DNA of 62,229 nt, counting the filler, from Diploschistes diacapsis (Eukaryota): the NCBI GenBank assembly GCA_023645945.1. It is 19 parts of 19 records of this genome, joined end to end, with 100 filler letters (N's around TTAATTAATTAA, not from the genome) between each part and the next. Parts side by side here need not be neighbours in the genome. Positions count along the whole stretch, not along the records: positions 1 to 24,274 come from JALAIB010000243.1; 18 more parts are not named here. One strand, written 5' to 3'. Below are positions 1 through 11,167 of this stretch, in pieces (position 1 is the first letter of the stretch; every line of letters starts with the position of its first letter). A program made the translations under genes and the position numbers. The notes below the pieces were generated by a model. The model was not told the origin of the DNA, ran no database searches, and saw nothing but the letters and a program-made list of their open reading frames with translations.

Positions 1-1
1 C

Positions 2-745
2 CGCGTCCCCCTCGCCCGCACCGCCTCCGCCACAAACTCTCGTAGCCGGCCCCACCGTCGCACGCACTCCACGCAGTCCGTTGAGCTCGCTGGCGCTGCC
101 GGCGCCGCCCTCGTCAACCAGATGTACCAGCCCCCCGCCGCCGTTGCAAGCGGGCCCATATCCCCCGTCAGCCCCGGCACCGCGATTCCGCGCTCCAGCT
201 ACTTCAGCGGCGCCGCTCTCTCCTCAGCCTCGGTCTCCATTTCCGCATCCGCATCCACTTCCGCCATCTCGGCCCCCATCCTACCCCACCAGCAACAACA
301 ACCCCAGCGCAGCACAAGCGCCCTGCGCTCTACATCCGGCACGCGCCTCAGCAGCACGCGCGCTAGCAGCACCGACGGCGGCGGCGGTGGCAGCGAGTCC
401 ATAATCAGCCGCGACGCCGCCGACCGGGGCGACGCGTCCAGCCCGCCGCGCAACAGGGACGGTAACACGGTATCCACGGGCGCGGTGATGGCGCAGAACC
501 GGCTGCGCCCCCTGCGGCTGGTGCAGGAGACGCGGGAGAAGGAGGAGGAGAAGGAGAAGGCGAGGCGGGTGAGCGTGCTCTTTGAGCAGGAGAAGGAGAA
601 GGAGCGGGAGGAGGCTGAGAGGGCGGAGACGGCTGCGCGGAAGAAGGCGAATAGGGGGAGTTGGATAGGGTGGTTTAATCGGGGGAAGGAGGAGGGGCCA
701 CCGAGAAGTGTTAGTGGAGGTGCAGGTGCGGCTGGGGTAGAGTAG
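2..745 (+). CDS. 3' end of a hypothetical protein (Ser/Pro-rich, charged C-terminus); starts upstream of the window
   Basis: The frame of ORF 122..745 is open from base 2 (RVPLARTASATNSRSRPHRR...) to the TAG at 743-745. GC-rich coding-like composition; ends ...KKANRGSWIGWFNRGKEE... Confidence 0.75.
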   Translation, partial: RVPLARTASATNSRSRPHRRTHSTQSVELAGAAGAALVNQMYQPPAAVASGPISPVSPGTAIPRSSYFSGAALSSASVSISASASTSAISAPILPHQQQQPQRSTSALRSTSGTRLSSTRASSTDGGGGGSESIISRDAADRGDASSPPRNRDGNTVSTGAVMAQNRLRPLRLVQETREKEEEKEKARRVSVLFEQEKEKEREEAERAETAARKKANRGSWIGWFNRGKEEGPPRSVSGGAGAAGVE

Positions 746-2394
746 GAGGTTTGGGTTAGTGATTGTTCGGGAAGGCGTCGAGAGTTTTTGTTGTTTTTTA
801 ATGGGAGGTGAGGAGAGCGGCTTGGATATTTCACTGTGACAATGGCGGGAGCTTGAATGCTTTTCTTTCGAATTTGTTCCTTTTGTTTTTAGTGAGTGGT
901 GGAGGGAATGGGAGGGGGATGCACTACCAGCTTACCGACCGTCTTTTTTTCTCATGTCTCTGCCTGCCCTTTCCCTCTCCTTGAGAACTATCTACTTACT
1001 GTTACCGGTTTGGATAGCTCCTTTGATACCCACCACAAGCTCGGCTTGGCTTGGTTTGGCGTATACCATGCAATTTCATTTCATTTCTATGGGTGCATAT
1101 ATCGGTTCAACCACCCATGACACAATATCGTAGCCATGTATATATACATGCATGTCTGGTTGAGTGTTTACGCCCCGAATGAGCCTGCAAAATAAAGCGA
1201 ACAAGGGGGTTTGTAATTTTCTTTCTCTGGGTGCCTCAAACCCGCCTTGAGTTTCGAGAGCCCAGAGCTTGCGCATTGGGCCAGCTGGTCGGTACGGAAT
1301 GCAGTCTTCCTGGTTAAACAATTCCTCCTCAAGTCCGAAGGAAGGCTGTTGTTGAGAGGGCCACGAGGAGCGCGTTAGCGCTCCGGGGTGCCTGAGGGCC
1401 CCAGCCCCCCCAGGTAATTCCAGATGGCGCTTACCGTTCATTCAAGGCGATAAGGTGTGTGCCGCCGCCGGGCGGACGCACCCCTTAAAGTTCCGATGTG
1501 AACGTTCAGCTAACTCAATGGCCGGATAAGGAAATTGGAAAAATCTCCACACATATTGAACCCCTTTTTCAGCTTCCGATCCGGTTATTCTTGCACGCCC
1601 ACCCGCAATACAAACCACAATAGCATCTTATAATATGCGCGATTTGTAGACCGCCCCTGTTCCTATTGTCAGCACTGTATTTATCAATATCAGAACCCGC
1701 CCGCCTCGGACCGTCTTAGTTTTTCATTCCGTCTCCTCTCCTCCGCCCGTTGGCGTCGGAACAGGGACAGAAACAAAGCCTATCCTATTGTACAAACATA
1801 CCTATCCCGAAACCCCTATCTGAGTCACCATCATAACCGCACAAACACAATCGTCATTCCCATTGTCCTATTATAAAAAAAGATTTGTGAATCGCGTGCC
1901 TGTTTGCCTTTGTTTGTCGTTGAAGGCACTTTTTTCGGCTCTCTTTATCTTCTCCTTACTCAACTTCTTTCTCTTGTTTCACGTACGTCTTGCCTGCTTG
2001 AGGCTCCCCTGGCTTTTGGCTCCAGGGTCTTTGTATCTCGACTTTTTTGCAACGTTGTTGTTGGGCGGTCGATAGCGACATCCATCTTGAACTAGAAGAT
2101 TAGAGTTGAAGCTGGAGCCGGCCTCTTGTTTTTCACATCTCATAACATACCGCATCGTCGGATTCCGCGTGTCCACTTTGAAAGGAAGAACTTTTTGTAC
2201 CCACATATTGATCACTGGGTCGTTCAGTATTGTTTCTCAAAGCCAAATCGGAACTGAATCGCTCGTATGATACCTATCGTCTCTCTCTATTAGGTAACTG
2301 TTCATCTCGGTCACCGGGAGCACTCCCGTTCAGAGCATTCGCAGCAGCATCGCGGCAAATTTTTACTTTGGAGCCTTCTCTTTCAGCGCCCATC

Positions 2395-3630
2395 ATGTCA
2401 ACGCGACCACCACGTTCTCCACTGCCCGCTCACCTAAACAACAACATAAGCCGGAGAGCCTACTACCGCTCCTGGTATCGCTCCACCTCCACCCACCCCA
2501 TGACGACCCGGCTGGAAATGTACCTCTCCCACCCAGACTTCACCATTCTGCCACCCATCCACAACAATCTGCGTCCTTCATGGAGCCTGCCTTTATGCAA
2601 TCCGGGAATCCCCGTCTTCAAACCAGCCCGCCCAACGCTCGCAGCCCGGCGCATCGCCCGCAACAGAACATATCGCACACTTGCGGCCCGCCGCCGTGCC
2701 CGGAAGAGAATGAACCATGATAACGCCGCTGCTCAGCCAGCCAGCCGTCCGTTCTGGACGTTTGAGCACCCGGAAGCGTCACGCCTTGCCAGCGAAGCGT
2801 TGCGGGCAAGAATACAGGCAGGGCTGGACGTGATAGCCGAGGCGAAGGATGCAAACAAGAAGTTGGAAATCCACGGCAATTCCATAGAGGAGATCCAGGC
2901 CGCATTGATCGAACCTCTCAAGCAGCGACTTGGACCTATCGCCTCGCCAAACACCGACCCCATTCCCTCATTTGCCTACTCCGACCCGTGGCATTCCATC
3001 CGTTACACGCCAGGGCCTGAAATTCGTGCTCAGTGGCACCGCCTCGCGCCTCATTTTATCACGTACGGATTCGTGCCTGAAGTCGTGCCCCTCACCGGTG
3101 CCCGGGAGCGGTGGAAAGAAGCGATCGCCAAGCCAAGAGGGGACGGGCTCCCTAATGACCCTAACGATAAGGCACGCAAGGTTATCTTGGAAGAGGATGA
3201 GGCGATGGTCGTGCCAAAGTACTACCGGTATCACCAGAATCGAGAACACGGGTGGCCGTTGGTTGGAATCAACGATCATGATGAGCGGCAGCACGATGGC
3301 CTGCGGAAAAATCTGGCAGCTGAGGCGGACCATTGGACGTCCATGATACCATTACTAGAGAGGGTGCTGGGAGAAGGGTGGGGAAATGAGACGAGAGAGG
3401 TGCTGAGAGGCCTGCTGGATATGGCGGTGAATGTGGAGCAGTTATTTCTATGGGACGAAATAGAAATATGGGACAATAAAGAGCAAAGATATCAATGGGC
3501 ACGTGAACTAGAAGCATTGCGAGGGCAGAGGGCAATTTCTCAAGAGGAGATGCATTGGGAGATACGCAGGAGAGAAGTATTTGAGTTGGGAGACGGGAAA
3601 ACCAGTGATTATGACGGTTTCGAAGGATAA
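2395..3630 (+). CDS. Hypothetical (orphan) protein, ~411 aa, single exon
   Basis: Long uninterrupted ORF. First ATG is at 2395 (CATCATGTCA); the track's 2230 start is a TTG. No domain recognised. Confidence 0.6.
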   Translation: MSTRPPRSPLPAHLNNNISRRAYYRSWYRSTSTHPMTTRLEMYLSHPDFTILPPIHNNLRPSWSLPLCNPGIPVFKPARPTLAARRIARNRTYRTLAARRRARKRMNHDNAAAQPASRPFWTFEHPEASRLASEALRARIQAGLDVIAEAKDANKKLEIHGNSIEEIQAALIEPLKQRLGPIASPNTDPIPSFAYSDPWHSIRYTPGPEIRAQWHRLAPHFITYGFVPEVVPLTGARERWKEAIAKPRGDGLPNDPNDKARKVILEEDEAMVVPKYYRYHQNREHGWPLVGINDHDERQHDGLRKNLAAEADHWTSMIPLLERVLGEGWGNETREVLRGLLDMAVNVEQLFLWDEIEIWDNKEQRYQWARELEALRGQRAISQEEMHWEIRRREVFELGDGKTSDYDGFEG

Positions 3631-4339
3631 AAATTTTTTGTCGAAGCGGTACTGCTTAGCTTACAGTATGAGCCTTCAACTTTCTGCTGTACGGATCTCA
3701 AGTACATTGTACAAACTTGCCTTGAGGGACGACATACCTCGCCGAAATCAGATTAATGGATAGAAGTAGACTCGGTGAACGTGTTCGGAGCCCGAGACCT
3801 TGCACTACTCGTACTCTATCTCCTGCACAAGAAGAATCATCCTCTTCTGTATAGGAAAAGTTTTGCCGAGGAAACTCCAGATCTGCCAAGAAGGTTTTAA
3901 CCTCAGAGCGGTTAGCATCTAGATCGGGCCACATGCTAGTGAGGATGGATCTCATGTATCAATACTACTATTACTACTACTAGTTATCACATTTGAATAT
4001 CGTGCATGCGAAACTTTTACTAGTCAAACCACATCTGGGCTCACCGCACTTCGGGCTGAGCGCCGAGGGAAGGAACAGGGGTCTAAACTCAAAAGCCGTT
4101 TCTAACCCACCCAACCAGCGTCTTGCGATCTCCAGCTCTGGAACCTTTCCAACCTTTTATCGCTCTTCCATCGACGACCGCTCGCGGCATGGACTGCGAC
4201 GTCGGGCTGCTAGAGAGAAAATGAAGCTGCCGGTTGAGGCAAGTGGTGAGAACACAGAGGTTTTGCATGGAACTCGTTGAAATTAACCAAATATGTACAA
4301 AGACCACTGAAGCAGTCGGCATTGGTGGAATAATGCGAA

Positions 4340-5450
4340 TAATCGATACCATGTATGTTCAAAAGTCCAGTACTGCCTTGCAGCATTTGTTGTGGAAAGG
4401 CATGGTTGCCTGTTGTTCATAGTCGCACCACTTAAAACGTCCATCAGCAACCTGGATTATTCGGCAATAACAATCTTACTCGTCTAGACACAAACCCCTC
4501 GAAGCGCTGTGGAGCCGAAACCCCTAAAGTTTATCGCTATCGCACAATTGGGCTGAAAAGTGAGGGTGACGCCACTAGGCTAGCAATTGCCGATAGCATG
4601 TTCTGGGCATTGTAACGCCCTTTGCACCTGTCAATGCAGGTTGCCATTCGGGTTCGCACGATCTGCTGTTGTGGCTGGAGATCCGCCGTAACTGATCGCT
4701 CTTCATCGATTTTGGCTTTGCGGCACAAGGCGCTGCTTGATCGCCGTTCCTTCACTCAATCTAAAGTTCCTCTTCTTCATTTCTGCTTCGATCTCGTCTA
4801 TCGAATTCCCGAGCTGCCACAGGTTGAGACCTTCTTTGCCTTTGCCCTTGTCCCAGGATAATTTGTGTCTGTTGGCGGCCTGTTCAAGGGTGCCTCCTCT
4901 GGCGAAGTGTGCTGCAAGGTCTTTTTGTAACTTTTCCATGGGAGTTGTGGAAGGTTGCGAACACAAAAGGATGAAGTTCGTAATCTACCTTGTCGGAGGA
5001 AGAGTGTTTAGAAATGTATCGACAATGGCTGACAAGATATCGTTGGTAGCAATGAGACAAGAGACAGAGGACAGTCGGGAGGATAGTGGTAGTAGTTCAA
5101 ATCTAATGAAAAGTAAAGAGATCTGGGAGACAGCTTCCACTTAAAAGAGCATCTCATTCCCACTACCACAGGACCCGAGCTGGCCTTTCCCAACCGTAGA
5201 GTTCCATTAGGGCAGGATCTGAAGGGAGAAATCAGCTGTCAGATCTGGCTCTAAGCAGGCATAGTGGCCCAATGAACTGGTGCTTAGGCGCATTAGCAGG
5301 ATATCTCGGTGATCGGAAACCACAGATATCTGAGACACGATCTTCCATCTCAATGACGAATCTAAAATCCATCGGTCTACGCTGCGATCGAGAGGTTCTG
5401 CCCCACTGCGGCTTGAATCGTGTGTGCGTTTATGCATTCTCATCACGTTG
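4340..5450 (-). pseudogene. Decayed gene remnant, possibly a paralog of 2395..3630
   Basis: Broken minus-strand ORFs (4703..4966, 5008..5193, 5207..5446). Contains GNSIDEIEA versus GNSIEEIQA in the neighbouring ORF. Confidence 0.3.
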
Positions 5451-6403
5451 TTCTCCTTGAGATCTTCTCATGTTTTTCTAGCCAACACATAATACTCTCA
5501 AGTGTCAGGGCGGACGGTGATTGGTGTTGAATTGTCAAATTAGACGGTAAAGGAAGGGGGAATCCCAAAGCACTCCAAGATCCTGCTTCCTGGAATCCTG
5601 CTTTTGCTCTTTGTCAGTGCACCGCATACTCCACCCTTTAGAAACTTCTCTTCTTTCTACTTTAGTTCAAGTAGGTTTCTCTAGATGGTGTAATAAAGAG
5701 TTGTGGAGTTGCGGCAATAGAAAAAACTACTTTTGCGGTATCTCTAGGTATCTTGCATGTATTGATCATGTAATAGGTATTAAATTAAGCGAAGGAAATC
5801 AGACACATATGATGCTGAAGAACACCGCCAGCCATACTACTATTGTATATAGCCTTACCTTCATCAATCTTATGAATATTATCGTTCGCCCTAGTAGGAT
5901 AGATGCATACATATTGCAATGGGACCCGAAGCACATCATGCAACAGAAAATGAGTTTGCAAACTTAAGATTGGATTGAACTACCGCCGAAGAGCAATCCA
6001 TATTAATTCATATCGAAGTCCTTGGGTGCAATACCTCGTTAGAACTAATCTATGCCATGACTCTGCCGGGATCAAGTCTTTAAAGTTCTCTATATCGTAG
6101 AACCGTTTTAAAGCATGGATCCAGACGCTACTTTCTGGTTTGCTGATCTGACGTTATAAAGGTATTGAGCGAAGAGTTTGTCTTGGTCTCGTACGCCGTT
6201 TTGTTCCTCCTTTTATTGTACTATAATCGTTTAGTACTATAGATATGGTATAAGACTGTCAGGAGAACTTACTTCTTCGAAATTTTTTAGCTTATCCCGA
6301 AGCTCCTAAAAGAGACTTTGAGTTGTCGCGATCGGATTAATTGACTTGTATCATATGTGGTGTTGATCGTCGCGGAAGAGTTGTCCGGTTCTTGTTCCTT
6401 GGC

Positions 6404-6860
6404 CTATCGTAACTCATAAAGCAGAAATTGTAACCGGCTCAGATTCGTGTGGAGGTTGGCCTGGTATGTAATCTCGACCTTATTCTCTAGTAAATCGAGG
6501 CGGCGGGCAGTGCGATGCTTTTGATCGCTTTGTTTGTGCTTGAGGTCGCTCTTTTGAGATTTTTTCTCAACTTCATTGATGTGAGCTATATGTTTGAGGT
6601 CGCTCTGTTGGTGCTTAAGATCACTCTCTTGAGATTCCTTCTCAACGTTATTGATGTGAGCTAGATGTTGGAGGTCACTCTGTTGGTGCCTGGGGTCGTT
6701 CTCTTGAAGTAGTTTCTTAAGGTTATTGATGCGAGCAAGCGTATATTTAATAAAACTTTCGTCTCTATCAAAAAATAGGCTTGCCTTAAAGATGTTTCTG
6801 TTTCGCAACCTATAATCGGCTAATAACTCTTCAGTTCTAGGCTCAATAAAGGCTGGATCT
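6404..6860 (-). pseudogene. Decayed coiled-coil-type gene with a 75-bp (25-aa) tandem repeat
   Basis: QQSDLQHLAHINNVEKESQESDLKH / QQSDLKHIAHINEVEKKSQKSDLKH. TTGATGTGAGCTA occurs at 6576 and 6651. The track start is TTG rather than ATG, and the frame is bounded by in-frame stops. Confidence 0.4.
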
Positions 6861-7213
6861 CGTTATTGCCTTTGGCTGTGAAAGTCCAAGAATATCTTAC
6901 AGGTAAAAGCCTGTTGCAAGCATGTGTATGGTCGTTAATTGATGTGGAGTCTTTGCTGAGATTCCGCCCGCTTGATTGTCCTTGGACAGAGAATCACAAT
7001 TGCCATGTATTCACTTAAAAGTCGCTTCTAGCTTTGTTCAAGAATTTAGTACTAGCTTTATGAGTCATTCTTGGCCCTGTCATACTTGACCCATTCCTCC
7101 TCGATCAAGCGTTCATCATCCGTTCTTTCTTTCCGACAAAGATAGCCACCCGTGACTTTTTATCTTGAACTTAGCGTTAATGAAGTTAAAAAAAAAGTAA
7201 TAAGGAGTCAAAA

Positions 7214-7333
7214 ACATACAGCAGCGAGAATTCCCAGATGGTCACCCACTCCAGTACTACTTCGCCGGTCTACAGCTTAGATATTGGCAGAGCGAACGGG
7301 ATGCCTCGTTCCCTGTAGCCTGTGGCCGTATGT
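7214..7333 (-). rRNA. 5S rRNA: Dispersed 5S rRNA gene (120 nt)
   Basis: Minus strand reads ACATACGGCCACAGGCTACAG...TCCCGTTCGCTC...TAGTACTGGAGTGGGTGACCATCTGGGAAT...GCTGTATGT. Helices I, II and IV pair. Followed by a T-run Pol III terminator. Confidence 0.95.
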
Positions 7334-7355
7334 GAAAGTAGGTGTTGCACGTTGC

Positions 7356-7364
7356 ATATATATA
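7356..7364 (-). promoter_or_regulatory. TATA element upstream of the 5S gene
   Basis: TATATATAT at -23 to -31, the position known for dispersed 5S genes of filamentous ascomycetes such as Neurospora. Confidence 0.7.
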
Positions 7365-8473
7365 GCGTGAGTGCTGGAGGTTTTCGAGTTCATTGAGTTG
7401 AGGTCTTGGAACCAGTGTTTATGTAGACGTTTCAGGTCTATATTGTTCTGGAATGGGTCACGGACTGGCTTTATCTGATGTCTGTTCACATTGTCGAGCT
7501 CATGTGTCCTCGGCCATCCTTTAAAACAAGTTTCCGGAATGTCAGCTTGAAATAGTTTGGATGTGTCAATTGCTACTGGCTAGACATACTCTACATAAGT
7601 TCCGGTTCAGCCACTACGGCCACGTCACCATAGAGTATCTCGAAGATCAGGATGTGTAAGGCATATGTTGGGAGCAGAAGGGGGACACCAGCGTTCTCGA
7701 CAGCCGGTTATCGAAAAAATAAAGGACTGACGATTTTCAGCTTTTTCGCCGAAAAGATAAGATAGACATATGCATAGCAGCCCACCATAGGCCTATAGGC
7801 CTGAAAGCGTGTCAAATCGATTATAATAATGATATTAGATATCTATTCAACAAGTTCCTAGTTTACTCCACAGGCTCCCTAGGGGTGGCCTGCCTGTCTT
7901 TTCTTCGGAATTTCTGACCGCTGTAGAAGGGGGAATGAGGAAGATCTTTGTCTGAGAGAGATAAGGCCGACGGTGAACTGGGGGAAAGAGAATAATGCAC
8001 AAACAGTCGAGAAGTAAACAGCCTGCAGTTCAAAGAAAAGCTTCAGGATTGTGTATTAAAGTTTACGAAGGAACATTGGGAGACAGGGCGGGTAGAGTGC
8101 AACCGTATGGCACATGATGAGGCTCTGTCATGCTTGTGAAGTAGTTCCGCTGATTTGATACCAAAGCTCATGTCTAGAGTGTCATCTTCATAGACAGCCT
8201 TCCATTTAGAGATGCGAGTATTATGGTGAGACCTCTTTCGAGGCTAGAGCGACCCTTCCCGTGAATGGGAGAACCAGAGTTGGCAAAAGAAATTCCATGT
8301 ACTACTTCGCTTTCAAAAACAATGTAGATCGGAAGGTGTCCCAAGCTGAAGCTCAAAGCAGTGTCACGTGGGTGTAAACTCACTTTCATAGGAGAATGGT
8401 TGCCATTAATCTCATGGCACAAAGCATTTTCCAGGGTAGTCTATTGCAAGATCAGAGAATATTAAGTCGATTA

Positions 8474-9052
8474 TTAGCATGCACACAAGGACCCAATGTA
8501 TCTACTTCCCTCACGAAACTCGGCTTGTTCACTGGTGGAGACGCTCCGGGTAGTATCCAGTATATAGCCATCTGCTACATATAGCAGCCCCTTTGGAGCA
8601 CTCCTGCGAGGTATTAGGGCGAAGACCAAGCTTGCCAGACTGAGTGATCTTGAGATCGGGGCGGAACCAGATCCAAGCAAGACCCAAATAGTCTGTCCCT
8701 TTTCTCCTGTTTCGTAGGGTAGACTGTGCGACAGCTTCCTGTGGTACTTCCGCTTGTACGATTTCTCAGCTTGTCCAATATCTTCTGTACAATTGGCAAA
8801 GTGTGATTGCGACGTGGAAAGCCTAGCATAATGCCTCTCCCGTTCATTCCGAAGCCTGAGCTCATTATCAGCTACTATTTTCCTCTTCTCAGAAAGCTCT
8901 GTCGTACAGGAATCCTGTTGAGCCTCCGTCTCGGTATGTGTCGAGGTTGTTTCGCATGCTTTGATTTCCTCAAATGTTTGCGGCTTTCCATTGGGGTTCT
9001 TACCACATGCCCCGTATGTCTGACAACATATCATAGTATAATGCTCTGCCAC
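8474..9052 (-). CDS. Hypothetical protein or pseudogene fragment
   Basis: 192-aa ATG-initiated ORF; no recognisable domain. Confidence 0.3.
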   Translation of the reverse strand: MAEHYTMICCQTYGACGKNPNGKPQTFEEIKACETTSTHTETEAQQDSCTTELSEKRKIVADNELRLRNERERHYARLSTSQSHFANCTEDIGQAEKSYKRKYHRKLSHSLPYETGEKGQTIWVLLGSGSAPISRSLSLASLVFALIPRRSAPKGLLYVADGYILDTTRSVSTSEQAEFREGSRYIGSLCAC

Positions 9053-9895
9053 ATATCATCGTTGCTCTGTCATGCAGTCGTATCGTTTGTATCTCCTCTA
9101 TTTCTTCGTCCAGCGATTTGAGAGTATCATATTCCTAGAAATGTTCCTGTGAAATCTCAGAGAAAAGACCTTTACCTCCTTCATCCGTTTGGCTGCTTCG
9201 ACAACTCGCCTCTCAATAGTTCAGATTTTCCCGTTAGTTTTGATCTGCCCAGCATTTCTCACAGCAGAGACTTCGTCCTTACACCCTGCTTGACAAGGAT
9301 AATATCAACTTTGCTGCCCCAAGCGGATGAGGTTCTGTTAACTCGCTATTTTTCATAGATTTCCGCAAAGATTCCAGTAATCATCAAGGATCCTATCCAT
9401 AGAGATAGTTATGTTACTCGATTGTCTTTCACTATTTCAACGTCTCCAGGACCTGACAAGGCTTGCAGTGGGTTCTGCAATCAACTAAACAGTAATTCCG
9501 ATGATCAAAATCTCTCGCAGCGAATGGGATTTTTGGGAGAAACGAAAAATTACTTCTCACAGAAGTACGGGAGCTTGTACTTGTACCTCGGGACAAAGCG
9601 TGTTATCAACAACTGATAGTCACACAAGATATTCATCCATTCATACCCTTAGCAGCGAATCATTCCTTCATTGACTGACTACTTTGATGACTCTCACGGG
9701 CGCGACGTATTGAGTAATTGCAAACGCTATGCACGACACCCCTTTGAGGCGTGCTATCTCTTCTTCACACCTCCAGATGTTACGCTTAACCTTGTGCCCG
9801 CTTGTTCTAACCAGTCTCCTCCCAGTCATTTTTCATCAGTATGCATTGTGTGCTCCCGTTGACAGCTATCTATGTATATGATACTTGGCCTAACT

Positions 9896-11167
9896 CTAGA
9901 ACTTATTAATGGGTGTCCAGGGTATGATAAACGGGCCATCATACACATCGAGTTCATCATCGTCAGCCGTGTCACCCACGCAGGACGAATGACCGGTAGA
10001 TGAAACAACGTTAGGCTGCGTTCCCACGGCGTGATTCGTTAGCTGCGTCTCCACCGTCCTTGAACTGTGTGCATCGAGTCCTGTATGCTTCGCTGCTTCA
10101 CCGAGCGTGGGCTTTATGACGAAAATGTTTGGATTGACCACATTTCTGTGTTTCGGCACATTAGACCACACGACTGAGCTGTTTGCTCTGACTGCCATGA
10201 ATTTGTCGAAGGACGAAGGCTTGTCGTTTGTGGTAGCCCAGTGAATAGCGCTTCGTTCGGGTTCAAGTGATGTTTCAACGGTAAGGGCATTGTCAGTTTC
10301 GCTGATGTCTCCGTCTTGTTTCATCCTGGGTGGCAGAAACTCTTCATCTTCCGAGGCTAGATCAGTGCTCTCTAGGGTATCGTCATTAGTCTCCTGCATT
10401 TTCGCTCTAGCGTTTTGCTCAGCATTCTCCCTGCGCCTGTTGTCGTTGGCTACGTGAGCGGTTTGGCTCCGTTCCTTCCGGTTATGCATAGGCTGAGGAC
10501 TAGGTAGCACCCCTTCGTGCATGGCAACTATGCCGGCCGATATAGTCAACTCTTTCACCGCCGTTCGCTCCTTTTCGCCTGGTCCTCTGCAGAAGTTGTC
10601 GTAAGCGACCTCATCGTAGTTGAACTGCTTTAATCCTCCGGCGCTCGGGCTGGGAACGTCCTGAACACCCCTCCATGCGATAACATGACTCTGCACACAC
10701 TCCTCTAGGAAGAGCCAGGCCTTTTCTCTTATGCTTGAGGGTTGAGGCTGCAGACCCGTCTGAGAGTTTTGTATTTTATACCTCGATTTAGTAACGCATT
10801 TCTTGCCTATCACTGTCTCAAGCGCGTTCTGAACGTCATCCGCTGCAGACCGTAGTTCCACATTGTTTGGGCTGTGAGCCCAGGGATCGATTGGTCGCTG
10901 AAACTTGTTGGCGGACTCCGTCGTGTTGCAAGTAGAAGGTGGGTATCGAAGTTCTAGAAAGCAGAGCACGGATCTCAAGAGTTGCCGACGCTCTGCGCTG
11001 GATAACGATAGCATTGGTGGCGGCAAGCTCTTCGAGTCTGGCGTTCGCAAAATACTGCTGGTGGAAGAATCGCTCAGTTGCTCATGGTCCGAGCTGCTTG
11101 TACGCATGGCTTTAGACCTCGACTTCCCCTTTACACAACTTCGGTCAGTAGATGGCACGCCAGACAT
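9896..11167 (-). CDS. Hypothetical protein (423 aa)
   Basis: Long ATG-initiated ORF with protein-like composition; no domain recognised. Confidence 0.55.
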   Translation of the reverse strand: MSGVPSTDRSCVKGKSRSKAMRTSSSDHEQLSDSSTSSILRTPDSKSLPPPMLSLSSAERRQLLRSVLCFLELRYPPSTCNTTESANKFQRPIDPWAHSPNNVELRSAADDVQNALETVIGKKCVTKSRYKIQNSQTGLQPQPSSIREKAWLFLEECVQSHVIAWRGVQDVPSPSAGGLKQFNYDEVAYDNFCRGPGEKERTAVKELTISAGIVAMHEGVLPSPQPMHNRKERSQTAHVANDNRRRENAEQNARAKMQETNDDTLESTDLASEDEEFLPPRMKQDGDISETDNALTVETSLEPERSAIHWATTNDKPSSFDKFMAVRANSSVVWSNVPKHRNVVNPNIFVIKPTLGEAAKHTGLDAHSSRTVETQLTNHAVGTQPNVVSSTGHSSCVGDTADDDELDVYDGPFIIPWTPINKF

